Origin: Synechococcus sp.
GTDB lineage: Bacteria; Cyanobacteriota; Cyanobacteriia; Thermostichales; PCC-7336
Direction of reading: 5' to 3'
Assembly (NCBI GenBank): GCA_051439425.1
Contig: JBFRWD010000141.1
Coordinates: forward strand, 1 to 58,269
Length of the DNA stretch: 58,269 nucleotides
The notes under the pieces: model-generated
Seen by the model: the letters and a program-made list of their open reading frames with translations, nothing else
The model's database searches: none
What the model was told of the DNA's origin: nothing
Made by a program: the position numbers and the translations under genes
Shown: piece after piece, positions 9,462-20,033 of the stretch
Layout of the letters: each line of letters opens with the position of its first letter
Numbering within the stretch: the first letter of the stretch is position 1

Positions 9462-10172
9462 CTATAGATAGGGCATTGTCGTCTTCGCTAGCGCTAAGCG
9501 AGAGTAATAGTGGTAGTAGTAGAGCGCAGCTATAAAAATCCCCTCAGCGATTAATTTTAAGCTTTCCTCGAATACCGCAATCGAATCGTCTACAAACGGG
9601 GTGAGGGCTCCTGGCCCAAATATGGCAGGTATAATATCGTCCCCGCTGCTAACAAGATCGACAAAAATCGTAGCAACCAGCAGAGAAAATCCAACGATCA
9701 ACAAACAATTGACTTGCATGTATCGGCAAATCTCGTGACGCCAGTAATAGATGATAACGCCACTTAACACCGCGTAAAATCCAACGATCAGATCGTCAAT
9801 CCGATCGGTGACATTAGTTTCTTCGATGCCCAAAAAATCATGAATAAAGTAATCCATATTTTCATGCCACATAAATTTTTCATCGAGGGCAAGAAAAACA
9901 AAGCCAAACGCGATAAATCCCCAAATCAAATGCTTGAAAATTCTCCCAGTTGTTCGGAAACGAAGGAACAAGATGGCCGAAGATTGTACAGACAAGATAA
10001 ACAGTTGAACAAACGACATGTCCGTTGCTGGAGCATATTCCCCAAATGCCCGATCGAGATCTGCTTGGGATAATCCGATCGCAATACAAATAGAGATGGC
10101 AATGGCCTGAATGACAAGCATTGAAATCAATACATTGCTCGGACGTGGCATATGCCTGAGCTTTTCCAACAA
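9462..10172 (-). CDS. Hypothetical multi-pass membrane protein
   Basis: About 6 TM segments, LDEKFMWHE and EESLK motifs, lower GC than the flanking genes; start uncertain. Confidence 0.7.
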   Translation of the reverse strand: MLEKLRHMPRPSNVLISMLVIQAIAISICIAIGLSQADLDRAFGEYAPATDMSFVQLFILSVQSSAILFLRFRTTGRIFKHLIWGFIAFGFVFLALDEKFMWHENMDYFIHDFLGIEETNVTDRIDDLIVGFYAVLSGVIIYYWRHEICRYMQVNCLLIVGFSLLVATIFVDLVSSGDDIIPAIFGPGALTPFVDDSIAVFEESLKLIAEGIFIAALYYYHYYSRLALAKTTMPYL

Positions 10173-10228
10173 TCTCCTTCTCCAAGCAAGACTGGTATGC
10201 GTAGGGCATATTCATTCTACGGAGCTTT

Positions 10229-10244
10229 TGTGATCTGGGACACA
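10229..10244. promoter_or_regulatory. CRP-family binding-site-like motif
   Basis: TGTGA-TCTGGG-ACACA, one mismatch to TGTGA-N6-TCACA, in a divergent intergenic region. Confidence 0.45.
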
Positions 10245-10465
10245 TTGACCCATTGGCGTCTGCAATATCTGAAATCGACTGCCTGTCGCCGTTACTGCGG
10301 TGCCAGCCCCCAAGTATTGACTCACTGAGCAAGAACGCAGCGTGCCCGCTTGCCGCATACCGGTCAACAAAATACGTTTTTCATCACTCTGCAAAGCACA
10401 CGACATCCTGTAGAAGACAGAACTATCTGCATACATTTAGGATGTAGGCTGGGCATTCGGAGAGG

Positions 10466-12172
10466 GTGCGTTTCGTGAACCCGATGATTTCTTCTATCGT
10501 TCGATCGCTCCAGCAGTCCAGCCAGTCAGCCGCCAAATGGGGCTCCGGTCTACTATCTGTCACCCTCATTGCATGGGGCTGCACTCTTATTCCCGGATAT
10601 GCAGCCACATCGATTAGCGCTTCCCTCGGCCCCGTTCAGCGATCGATCGCCGTTTCCGATCTGGAAATTTTCATCGAAACGGGCGAGATCCCCCGTAGCC
10701 TCAAATGGTACGCAGATCGCTTCACACCCTCTCAGCTGGCCACTCTCCGACAACTGCTGCAACAACCCATTGATGTAGACGTGTTGACGCTCGAACGGTT
10801 CACCCGTCTGCCGGCAGGCGAAACCTTATTGCGGCGCTTGCTTGTCCTGTTCAACACCACCGATCCCGACAGCACCTACAAAGCATTGCGGTCTGCCCTG
10901 ATCGTGGCAGCTTCGCGAGAGGGTGGATTAACTGTCGCCAACATCATCCGCAGTTACCCCCTCTCCACCATCAACATTAATGTTGATAACGTGCTGGCAG
11001 GAGTCGGACAGGCGCGGGAGTTATTGATCGATGATGATGCGGCGATCGCCTATTTGCGAGCGATCGACACCGTGCAAGCCGAGGCATCCGCTCGGTCGGT
11101 CAACAATCGCAGTTCATTAGAATCCCCTAACTCGGAAATTGCCAACCCATTAGAATCTGGCCCTCTAGCTTGGATTCCCTCTGTACTGTCGTATAGCAAT
11201 CCCCTCCGTCCCGGTAGCAGTCAAACAGCTGGTTTATATTTGCCCCAAGACCCCGAGCTCGAAGCCCCTCTGGTTGTCATTTCTCATGGAGTGGGCTCTA
11301 GTCGAAACACGTTCGATTATCTGGCTCGACATCTCGCGTCCAAGGGGTTCGCTGTTGCGGCTGTCGAACATCCCGATACGAGCGCATCCCGATTTGCAGA
11401 GTATCTAGAAGGGTTTGCCGATCCGCCATCCCCCGAGCTGTTCTATCAACGACCTGCCGATATCACAGCCGTCTTGGATGCTATTGAGGCCGAACCCGCC
11501 TTTAGCAGCCGTATCCGTACTGACAATGTTGGGCTGGTGGGTCAGTCGTTGGGAGGCTACACCGTACTGGCCTCGGCAGGGGCTCGGTTGGATTTCGAGC
11601 ACGCAGCTGAGTCGTGCGAGACCTTCGAAGGAGAATTACTGCCCTTTAATTTGTCGCTGCTGTTGCAATGCAGCCTACTGGAGATGCCTGCGGATACATC
11701 CCCCATCAAGGACGATCGCATTGGGGCCGTACTTGCCATCAATCCTGTCAGCGGTACGGTGTTTGGGCCGCAGGGCATGGAGGACCTAGAGTTGCCATTG
11801 ATGATGGTGGCGGGCAATAACGACTTTTTTGCTCCGGCTATTCCCGAACAGCTCTATCCGTTTACATGGGCGGGCAGCGAGCGCAAGCATTTAGTCATGG
11901 TAGAAGGAGGCACTCACTTTTCCTTCCTATCTGGATTTGAGGAGGGGGCGGTGCAATTGCCCGAAGCCGTGATTGGCCCCAATCCTCTGCTGGCTCATCC
12001 GGTCATGAATGGGCTAGCCACAGCTTTTTTTGAGACCTACATCAATGGCAATCCAGAGTACTCGGCCTTTCTCGATCGCCCATCCATCCCAGAAAATAGC
12101 CCCTTTAATTACTTCCCAACTCAATCGCTGTCCAATCGGGAACTATCGAATGCCTTAGGGCGAGAGTCGTAG
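10466..12172 (+). CDS. Alpha/beta hydrolase with N-terminal DUF1400-like domain (predicted dienelactone hydrolase)
   Basis: Signal-like N-terminus, VVISHGVGS, nucleophile elbow GQSLGG, GGTHFS. Confidence 0.85.
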   Translation: MRFVNPMISSIVRSLQQSSQSAAKWGSGLLSVTLIAWGCTLIPGYAATSISASLGPVQRSIAVSDLEIFIETGEIPRSLKWYADRFTPSQLATLRQLLQQPIDVDVLTLERFTRLPAGETLLRRLLVLFNTTDPDSTYKALRSALIVAASREGGLTVANIIRSYPLSTININVDNVLAGVGQARELLIDDDAAIAYLRAIDTVQAEASARSVNNRSSLESPNSEIANPLESGPLAWIPSVLSYSNPLRPGSSQTAGLYLPQDPELEAPLVVISHGVGSSRNTFDYLARHLASKGFAVAAVEHPDTSASRFAEYLEGFADPPSPELFYQRPADITAVLDAIEAEPAFSSRIRTDNVGLVGQSLGGYTVLASAGARLDFEHAAESCETFEGELLPFNLSLLLQCSLLEMPADTSPIKDDRIGAVLAINPVSGTVFGPQGMEDLELPLMMVAGNNDFFAPAIPEQLYPFTWAGSERKHLVMVEGGTHFSFLSGFEEGAVQLPEAVIGPNPLLAHPVMNGLATAFFETYINGNPEYSAFLDRPSIPENSPFNYFPTQSLSNRELSNALGRES

Positions 12173-12183
12173 CCCTACAGCCC

Positions 12184-14499
12184 CTACATCACCTCACTGA
12201 CGGGAAAGCGATCCATCAGAGTTACCGCTCGACGGGCATTGTCTTTCAGCTCGCCGGGAATGTGGGGCACGTGGGGCAGTTGGCTGAGGACATCGAGAGT
12301 GCGGCGCAATAGACGTACCAAATCCCCCTCGTCCAGATTGGTTCCGGCGGTCAGCTCTTCCCACGACATACCGAGCGCCCACTGCTCTACCAATCCTGAC
12401 AACTTACGCTCTAACCACACGGGGACAAAGACTTCATACTGCCGCTGCACCTTAAACAAGCGTCGTCGTGCTCGCCGTAGCGCGTACAAAATGTCGTCAA
12501 CATCGTCCGAAGTTTTGAAGCGGGTGAAGGTTCCCGATCGCGGCTTTTCGGTCACCAGTGCTGCCATGCAACCGGCCAATTGGTGCGGGGGTAAATCGTC
12601 CATACGGCCCGATTCCAAGGTTAGGGCCAGCCACAGCTCGTTATCTCCGCGAATGGCCGCAGCAATTTCTCCCAACATGGTGGGTTGATAGCTCTTGAGG
12701 TGCTGGAATTCGGTCAGCACATCGGCAAAGGCCAGAAATTCTAGCCAGCGCAGTTGCTGGGTGCGGCCACCTTCCTTCGATCTCCGCTCGATTTTGCGTT
12801 GCAATCGCTGTCGTTTTTCCTGCATGCGCAGCAACTTGGCCGGTTTGGGAAAGCGATTAACGGGATTCTGGCTCATTTCATGCTGCACGGCGTCGATCCG
12901 TTCTTGCTGAGCCAGCAATTCGGGAGCATCATCGGTCTCGCTATGTTTTTTGAGGTACTTGAGAACGCGACGCTCCTCCCGCAATTTCCCTTGCAGCTTG
13001 TGAAACTCCTGCAAATGTTCGGGGGTAATGCCGTCTAACGCGCGATCGATCTCGGCTAATTGGTCCAGCAGCGTGCCAACATCCCCTTGCGACGCCGCTG
13101 CCTGCAACGACATCAGGTACTGACCAAAACTACGTTCGATCAACTCCTTTGCCCGATCGAGCGAGTGGGTTTGCAATAGGTTCAGCACCATCCCGTATGT
13201 GGGAGTGAACTGGCTGACGAGCGGATCGGGATCGGAGGTGGCCAGATAAGCGGCCTCTCGGGCTCCTTCAAAGGGGGATTGGACCGTGACAACGTAACCA
13301 ATCGTGTCTTTGCCCCGTCGCCCAGCCCGACCTGCCATTTGCAAAAACTCGGAAGCTGTCAGCAAGCGATGGCCGGAATCAGTGCGTTTCGACAGCGACG
13401 AGATAACGGTCGTGCGGGCGGGCATGTTGATTCCCGCCGCCAGGGTTTCGGTGGCAAACACCAGCTTCACCAATCCCTGCTGAAAGAGGGATTCCACCAG
13501 AGCTTTCCACGCAGGCAAGATACCGGCATGGTGGGCAGCAATGCCGCGATACAGCGGCTCCAATTGCTTGTGACGTATTGCTTCTGGAGACTCTTTGCAG
13601 AAGCGATCGATTTGCTCGGCCAGCGACTGCCGTTCGGAATCAGAGGTGAGTAAATCCAGATCCCCCATGCTGTTCACCGCGTTGTCGCATCCTCGGCGGC
13701 TGAAAATGAAGAAGATTGCCGGCAGCATGTCGCGACTGCGCAAATATCCAGCCACTGTTGGATTTTCAGTACCTTTAGGGCGCTGGTCTCGGCGCTGCAA
13801 CTTTTGCGGACGGCTGGTTTTGAGGCGAGGATTGCAGATAACAGCTCCATTTTTCTCCTGCAACAAGGGAAACAGCCCCTTGTTGTTGGCAAAGCTGAGT
13901 TCGAGCGGCACCGGTCGATGGTCGGAGTCCACCAATGTTGTGGGGCCGTGGACGGAGTTGAGCCAGTCGGTTAGTTGTCCGCTATTGGCCACCGTTGCCG
14001 AGAGGGCGACCAACTGAATGGATGGGGGACAGTAAATAATCGACTCTTCCCAAACAGTGCCCCGCTGCTGATCGTTCATGTAGTGGCATTCGTCCAGCAC
14101 CACCGTTTGCACGGCTTCCACCGAGACACCAATTTCACCGATCGCCGTCCCGTACAGCATGTTGCGAAAGATCTCGGTGGTCATTACCACCACTGGGGCA
14201 TCGCGATTGATTGAAATATCCCCGGTCAGAAGGCCAACGTTCTGTTCCCCAAATTGTTCGCCAAAATCTCGAAATTTCTGGTTCGATAACGCCTTGAGAG
14301 GGGTGGTGTAAAACACCCGTCGCCCCATCGACATCGCACGATAAATGGCATATTCCCCTACCAGAGTTTTACCTGACCCCGTTGGGGCGCAAACAACCAC
14401 CGAGCGATTGTCATCGAGGGCGGCGATCGCCTCGGTCTGAAAATCGTCCAATTCAAACGGAAATAATTCGCTCGCGCTGGTGTATACCGATGAAGTCAC
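12184..14499 (-). CDS. helY: Ski2/HelY-like DEAD/DEAH-box RNA helicase
   Basis: APTGSGKT, PLKALSNQK, DECH, SAT, ETLAAGINMPA, QMAGRAGRRG, C-terminal DEGDLVR. Confidence 0.9.
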   Translation of the reverse strand: MTSSVYTSASELFPFELDDFQTEAIAALDDNRSVVVCAPTGSGKTLVGEYAIYRAMSMGRRVFYTTPLKALSNQKFRDFGEQFGEQNVGLLTGDISINRDAPVVVMTTEIFRNMLYGTAIGEIGVSVEAVQTVVLDECHYMNDQQRGTVWEESIIYCPPSIQLVALSATVANSGQLTDWLNSVHGPTTLVDSDHRPVPLELSFANNKGLFPLLQEKNGAVICNPRLKTSRPQKLQRRDQRPKGTENPTVAGYLRSRDMLPAIFFIFSRRGCDNAVNSMGDLDLLTSDSERQSLAEQIDRFCKESPEAIRHKQLEPLYRGIAAHHAGILPAWKALVESLFQQGLVKLVFATETLAAGINMPARTTVISSLSKRTDSGHRLLTASEFLQMAGRAGRRGKDTIGYVVTVQSPFEGAREAAYLATSDPDPLVSQFTPTYGMVLNLLQTHSLDRAKELIERSFGQYLMSLQAAASQGDVGTLLDQLAEIDRALDGITPEHLQEFHKLQGKLREERRVLKYLKKHSETDDAPELLAQQERIDAVQHEMSQNPVNRFPKPAKLLRMQEKRQRLQRKIERRSKEGGRTQQLRWLEFLAFADVLTEFQHLKSYQPTMLGEIAAAIRGDNELWLALTLESGRMDDLPPHQLAGCMAALVTEKPRSGTFTRFKTSDDVDDILYALRRARRRLFKVQRQYEVFVPVWLERKLSGLVEQWALGMSWEELTAGTNLDEGDLVRLLRRTLDVLSQLPHVPHIPGELKDNARRAVTLMDRFPVSEVM

Positions 14500-14583
14500 G
14501 CGTTAGGCCATGTGGAGATCGTGTAGCAGTGACCTGACGTAACGCTAGAACTCTAAAACGCCAGAGCGCCACAAGCCATCAAA

Positions 14584-15405
14584 CTACTGCAGGTATTGTA
14601 TCCAATGGTGTCGGGCCTCTGGAGAGCCGTACCAGACACGATTGCCCCGAGGCGAGTGATAGGCCCCATCCACCACAAGGTTAATCGCTCCATCCAAATG
14701 GGCTGACGGAATCGGCGTAATGCCATCCCCCCAACAACTGCCCGTCCCACCGGTCAGTTCGTAACTGGAATAGGCCAACCACTTGGCACCATCCCATTGT
14801 TGGGGGTTCCACCAGGGGGCTTTTTCGCCAAATGTGGATTTTCCCGCCACGCAAACGTAGCGGATAGAGTCGTGAAAGGCTCCGGGGTAGGTGTCGTTAA
14901 CGAAGTCAATATTCCAGCGGGTCCAGCGTTCTTGGCTGAAATGAGGGGTGCCGAGGGCAATGAGAGTGCGAACATGTTGGGCTCCGCCCCAGACGCGATC
15001 GCAGTAGGGCACATCCCCCAAATAAATCCGCGAAATCCAGCCCCCTGCTGAATGACCAATCAGGTTAACGGCGTCACAGCCAAACTCTTGTTTGGTCTGC
15101 CGAACAGTCTCATCCAATGCCGACAGGATAGGAGTCACGGGACGCCCCCCTACCGTTGGAAACCAACTGGAGACCGTCAGCGGAACAATTCGGGTGGGAT
15201 ATCCCTCGTGCTCTAGCTCTTGCTGCAGGCGTCGGTACTCTTTGGCTCTGGCGAAGAAACCAGGCAGGATGACAGTAGGTGGCGGGGCCAATGGTTGAGA
15301 GGCAGATTCGACACTCAACGTCTCACCGAACATCCCAGAACCATCACGGATGGATGCGGAAGAACCTGCAGACATACCTAGCGCCTCTCGTTTTCGGGAT
15401 ACCAA
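14584..15405 (-). CDS. PGAP1-like esterase/lipase (alpha/beta hydrolase); true start probably further downstream
   Basis: ILPG, GHSAGG elbow, LGTPH, GDGITP, HS. Confidence 0.85.
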   Translation of the reverse strand: MVSRKREALGMSAGSSASIRDGSGMFGETLSVESASQPLAPPPTVILPGFFARAKEYRRLQQELEHEGYPTRIVPLTVSSWFPTVGGRPVTPILSALDETVRQTKQEFGCDAVNLIGHSAGGWISRIYLGDVPYCDRVWGGAQHVRTLIALGTPHFSQERWTRWNIDFVNDTYPGAFHDSIRYVCVAGKSTFGEKAPWWNPQQWDGAKWLAYSSYELTGGTGSCWGDGITPIPSAHLDGAINLVVDGAYHSPRGNRVWYGSPEARHHWIQYLQ

Positions 15406-15899
15406 AACATCCCTTTAATTCCGTCTGGATCGGGGGTAAATCCTAGCCCCTCGTAGAAGCCCACCACATCGGGATCGGCAAACAACGTGATGTTGCTGAT
15501 GTCTTGGGCACGCAAATCGTCAATCACCCGCTGCATCAACGCTTTGCCCAATCCCTTGTTCTGAAACTCTGGATGCAGAACTACATCCCAAACCGTAGCG
15601 TTGAAGGTGCAATCAGAGGTTGCTCGGGCGAATCCAATCAGACGCCGGTAAGCTCCTTGATCGCGCCACATAGTGACCACCAAAAAGCTATGCTCGATCG
15701 CTTTTTTCACCTTGCGTATCGGACGCCGTGCCCATCCGACCGAATCACATAGCTCTTCTAGCTCGTACAAATCCACTTCGCGATTGTTGCTCAGTACAAT
15801 GCGTGGAATATTTTCAGTTTCTGCCGTCTCCGTGCCTGTGGCGAGCGCGGCCTCACTGTCAGTAGTGGTGGGAATAAAGAGGCTTTTCCAGAAACTCAT
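15378..15899 (-). CDS. ycf52: Ycf52-like GNAT N-acetyltransferase
   Basis: MSFWKSLF start, [33 protein letters not shown]. Confidence 0.9.
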   Translation of the reverse strand: MSFWKSLFIPTTTDSEAALATGTETAETENIPRIVLSNNREVDLYELEELCDSVGWARRPIRKVKKAIEHSFLVVTMWRDQGAYRRLIGFARATSDCTFNATVWDVVLHPEFQNKGLGKALMQRVIDDLRAQDISNITLFADPDVVGFYEGLGFTPDPDGIKGMFWYPENERR

Positions 15900-16238
15900 G
15901 CGAAGCTCGCATCGTGGACTGAGATTGAACTCAAATTAAATTGTGACGATGTTGTTACATCAGTCAACTCAGTATAGCGGTTCAACTGCCTACAATTTTG
16001 CTTATTGCGAGCGTGACAAGTGGTTTGCTCCTTGATGGCACTAGTAGTTAGATCGGAGATGGTACTGCGCTAGTATCGCGAGTGCTCTCTCGGGCGATCG
16101 ATCTCGTCTCAGAAGGTGAACTGATATTCGCTCGCATTCTGGGAGGAATGCATTTCCGTATGGCTGCTTCAACGTCAGTCTGACAAATCACGCGATCGCG
16201 GCGTACTGCATCAACTATCCTCACGTTCTGTCTCTGCT

Positions 16239-17105
16239 GTGGCAACACTTGCACTTCTTCTTGTCCTTCTGGCAACTGCGCTGTGGGTGCGCACTCGCAT
16301 CATGCGAGGCACTGGTTTTTTGCGCAACCGCTCGTTAGAACAACGACAGCGAATTGCCACCGTCAGCGATATCGGTTTTATTGCATTGGCGATTTGCCTC
16401 CTCATTGCCAGTGTCGTCTCGGGGGTTGTGGGTACAGCCAACGCTGGCTCCGATGCTATTCCCCTACTGTTACTAGCCTTAGCCTTGATTGTGTTGCCCG
16501 TACTACGCGATGCCCTAGCATTTGCGGTGCTCAAGCTGGAGCGCCAATTGCGCGTCAACGATTACATCGAATGCGATCGCGTGCGGGGGCAAGTGGAGCG
16601 ATTATCGATGCGCAGCACACTGGTGCGAACTTTGGAGGGGCACGCCGTCGTCGTACCCAATCACTATTGGCTCATCCATCCGCTAGTTCGTTGGAGCTTG
16701 GGAACTCATGTCAGCCGCATTGTGGTGCCGGTAGAGACCTCCACCCACTTAGATCCCGCCCAAGTGAAAGAAATGCTGTTGGACTGCTCTCGTAGTGCCA
16801 CTCTGATCGTGTCGGACCCAACTCCAGACGTCATGTTTGTGGGACGGCGCGGCGATCGCTTGCACTTTCACCTACGAGTTTGGATTGCTGACAAACGACT
16901 GGAGACTGAGGCCATCAGTCAGTTGAACTATCCCATTGACCGCTGCTTGCGCGACGCAATTGGGGGCGATCTTGACAGCGATCGAGAGACTCTAGACTCG
17001 AATTTCGCGTCTGTGCCCGAGTCAACTTCAGCCATGCCAACGGGAAGCTTAATTACCCCACCTCCAGACCCGCCTACCCCTCCAGATTCAAATTCTCTAG
17101 GTTAA
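16239..17105 (+). CDS. MscS-family mechanosensitive channel domain protein; start uncertain
   Basis: Three TMs followed by LRVNDYIE...RGQVERLSMRSTLVRTLEG...VVVPN and the MscS C-terminal alpha/beta domain. Confidence 0.8.
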   Translation: MATLALLLVLLATALWVRTRIMRGTGFLRNRSLEQRQRIATVSDIGFIALAICLLIASVVSGVVGTANAGSDAIPLLLLALALIVLPVLRDALAFAVLKLERQLRVNDYIECDRVRGQVERLSMRSTLVRTLEGHAVVVPNHYWLIHPLVRWSLGTHVSRIVVPVETSTHLDPAQVKEMLLDCSRSATLIVSDPTPDVMFVGRRGDRLHFHLRVWIADKRLETEAISQLNYPIDRCLRDAIGGDLDSDRETLDSNFASVPESTSAMPTGSLITPPPDPPTPPDSNSLG

Positions 17106-17128
17106 CGATTGACTACAGGAGAACCCTC

Positions 17129-17669
17129 GTGGGTGTCACAGCAACCCACTGTCAGTTGATGGCGGAGTATAGCCACTGGATGGACCAAAATCTATACCGG
17201 GTATGCGCCAGTATCCCCGATTGCGATCGCCGTCGTGACTTGGGAGCCTTCTTCCGATCCATTCACGGAACTCGGAATCATATTTTGTTTGGGGATCGAA
17301 TCTGGCTAGCTCGCCTCAGCGGGGAGACATGACCCTACCCGGTGGGAGAAGAACTCTATGCAGCCTTTGATGAATTACGTCGCCAACAGCAGCTAACCGA
17401 TCTGCAGCTATTGGGGCGATCAGTTAGACAATGACTGGTTGTTACAGCCGTTTATCCATACCGGTAAGACTTACCGACAAACTCGCGTACCCACTTGGAT
17501 ATTGGTGACCCACATGTTTAATCACCAAACTCACCCCAAGGGACAGCTCACTACTTTGCTTGCACAACTGGGGTACGAATCCGGCATTACCGACTTACCG
17601 TGGATGCCGTCTTTGGCCGGGCACTCCATCGAGCGACCGGAAACCAACGTGACGCACCCGCCGCAATAG
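17129..17669 (+). pseudogene. DinB-family (damage-inducible) gene, disrupted
   Basis: GAFFRSIHGT.NHILFGDRIWLARL, then in-frame TGA at 17330-17332, then PYPVGEELY..., then a frameshift near 17410 into WGDQLDNDWLLQP...HMFNHQTH..GQLTTLL..LG...GITDL. Confidence 0.85.
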
Positions 17670-17716
17670 CTCACTGAGATAGCCAAGACACCTTGTTTAA
17701 CGTCAGTGAGACGGAG

Positions 17717-17832
17717 CAGTTCGTGCAGGATAAATCCCTCGCGGCACCAAGAAACTATGAGGGTTTTACGCGTCTTGCGTCCCTTTCCCAATGTGGGAGA
17801 GGGGCTGGGGATGAAGGCTATCGAACTCAGGT
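17717..17832. mobile_element. MITE/REP-like element, family B copy 1
   Basis: Ends in CTATCGAACTCAGGT and contains the hairpin TCCCTTTCCCA-ATG-TGGGAGAGGGG. Homologous (reverse orientation) to 49402-49533. Left boundary approximate. Confidence 0.65.
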
Positions 17833-17925
17833 GACAGCGATCGCTACACTCATAGGCGTATCCTAGCTGGTAGCGTTTCTGACGATGCAGCCCGTATGAG
17901 TTGTGCGTGACAGTGGAGGTTAGTT

Positions 17926-18318
17926 GTGCGGCTAAAGATTGCTGTGGTTGTTGCCATCCTGGCGATCGCTGTATTGCTGGGCAGACGAATTTTAGGAAGG
18001 TTGACATACCCTGCGGATGTTGGCGAAGCCTTTCTCAGAACCCTGGCTAATGCGTCGGAACAATACCGATTTGACTGTAATTCGTATCCCACTTCCCTTG
18101 AAGATCTGCAGGGACAGGGGTGTCGCAACAAAGACTACGTCACGGTTGGCGGCACCTACGAACGTCTATTTTCTCCCCCCGTCTTTTCGGCGTCGGAAAC
18201 GGGTGGGGGAATATCCATCAGCGTTCGGGGAATGGGCGAAGCTAATGGGGTAGCGTGTCAGGCACGAGTTCCGGGCCAGCCCACCTGCATAATTGACTGG
18301 GCCGAACGACTTTGGTAG
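17926..18318 (+). CDS. Pilin/pseudopilin (GspG-like) small exported protein
   Basis: N-terminal hydrophobic helix, LRTLANASEQYRFDCNSYPTSLEDL (GspG-like), four Cys; GGAGG RBS upstream of the GTG start. Confidence 0.6.
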   Translation: MRLKIAVVVAILAIAVLLGRRILGRLTYPADVGEAFLRTLANASEQYRFDCNSYPTSLEDLQGQGCRNKDYVTVGGTYERLFSPPVFSASETGGGISISVRGMGEANGVACQARVPGQPTCIIDWAERLW

Positions 18319-18357
18319 TTAAAACTATCGATCGCTGAATGCTTTACAACAGGAGGG

Positions 18358-19089
18358 CTACACCAATTGAGTGGCCAGCGAAATGGTGCCAAATGCTACT
18401 AACAACGCACCACTCCCATAGGTCAGCCAGCGAGACCAGCGCCGTACTGCCAACAATTGTTTGATGAGTCCCGTAAAGGTGCCGGCAACAACGAGAGGAG
18501 ATACTAGCCCCAGAGCATAGGCAAATAGCAACCCTCCTCCCACTGTCAGATTGCCGCTGGTGGAGACCCAGCCCAACAAGGCTACTAGTACAGGAGTACT
18601 GCATGGAGATGCAATCAACCCGAATGTGAGGCCCAACAAGAGCGATCGCATCGTCCCCGGCAGGTGCTGGGGAATTTCTTTATCCGCCAGCCAATTAGGG
18701 AACTGAATGGGTAGAATTTCGAGCAGATTCAGTCCCATCGCAATTGCCACTCCGCCCATCAAGAGCGGCCACCAATGCCCCACTTGGCCATAGACACGAC
18801 CTAAGAGTGCAGCAGAAAGACCGAGCCCCGTTAGGGTTATGGACAAGCCCAATGCAAACCACAGCGACTGAACAGTTGCCTGCCAACGCTGTCGGTCTTC
18901 GCTGTAGCCGCCGATGTATCCCACCGCGATCGGCAACATAGATAGCATGCAGGGGGACAAACTGGTAACAACCCCAGCTCCAAACACAACGGCTGCACTG
19001 GTGAGCGAGAGATGAGTGAGTTGCGCTTCAACTAAGCGATCGGCAATTCCTTCGACCCGATACAGCCAAAGCTGCACTGATTCCCACAT
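18358..19089 (-). CDS. ccdA: Cytochrome c biogenesis protein CcdA
   Basis: SLSPCMLSMLP and ASPCSTPVL redox Cys motifs; six TMs. Confidence 0.93.
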   Translation of the reverse strand: MWESVQLWLYRVEGIADRLVEAQLTHLSLTSAAVVFGAGVVTSLSPCMLSMLPIAVGYIGGYSEDRQRWQATVQSLWFALGLSITLTGLGLSAALLGRVYGQVGHWWPLLMGGVAIAMGLNLLEILPIQFPNWLADKEIPQHLPGTMRSLLLGLTFGLIASPCSTPVLVALLGWVSTSGNLTVGGGLLFAYALGLVSPLVVAGTFTGLIKQLLAVRRWSRWLTYGSGALLVAFGTISLATQLV

Positions 19090-19436
19090 GAGCCTTGGTC
19101 TCTTTACCTATCTTCACGATTCTATCAGCAGAGTTGCAAGCTGTTGGCTTGAGTGAAAAAGAAACGACTACTAGTAAGTCGATTGGACGCCTACACAAAC
19201 GACCTTGCCTCAAGCCAAGCTATCTCGAGTGATGCCGGCAACCTAACCAGTTAGCTAAATTTCCAGTCATCTTCTGTGCGAAACCCAAAGTTGGATTCCC
19301 CGAATTAACACCTGATGACCCAGATGGCATAAACCGTATTTATACGCAAGCATCTTGTTTGCCATGTATGATTTATATCTCGGAGTGGGCATTCTTTGCT
19401 CATCAGACTTTTGGAGTGGGCAACCACTTTACAACT

Positions 19437-19994
19437 ATGGACATTCGGAACTACCGACAAAAGCTGCTTCAGTCAGTATTAATGAAGCAAGCGCAGATTT
19501 CGAGCGTAGGACATCACAGCGGTTTTACGTTGATCGAGCTGATGGTGGTTATGGTTGTTATTGGTGTTCTGACCGCAGTTGCAATCCCTTCTTTGGCGTC
19601 CCAAGTTGATCGCGCCAGAATGGCCGCTGCTGTCAGTGAAATGAAAAGCTTCGCCGATGGGATTCACTCCTTCGCCATTCTCAATGGGGCCTATCCTGGC
19701 GACAATCACGAAGCCGTCCCTGCAGGGACAGACGGCTACATCAACGGAACGGCTTTTATGAACCCCACCCCATTGGGCGGTCGCTATAACTTTGACAATT
19801 CTTCGGGCGGTGGACAGTATGTGGGTATTTCAATTTCTAGTTTTAACTTTCCAGTTGAAACTCGTGAACGTTTAGATGCTCTTGTGGATGGCGAAGTCAA
19901 TCTAGGCAGTGGAATTTTCATTGACAGTGGCCATTCTCCCGCTCGCCCCACGCTACTCATTGAGCGTTGCAACGACGGCGCAGGACTCTGCTAG
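19437..19994 (+). CDS. Type IV pilin with prepilin N-terminal cleavage/methylation motif
   Basis: G|FTLIELMVVMVVIGVLTAVAIPS; start moved to the ATG at 19437, which gives a basic leader typical of cyanobacterial pilins; C-terminal Cys pair. Confidence 0.85.
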   Translation: MDIRNYRQKLLQSVLMKQAQISSVGHHSGFTLIELMVVMVVIGVLTAVAIPSLASQVDRARMAAAVSEMKSFADGIHSFAILNGAYPGDNHEAVPAGTDGYINGTAFMNPTPLGGRYNFDNSSGGGQYVGISISSFNFPVETRERLDALVDGEVNLGSGIFIDSGHSPARPTLLIERCNDGAGLC

Positions 19995-20033
19995 CTTGCG
20001 GTGATTTACCATCAGGAGCTGACCTCTGTTGCC

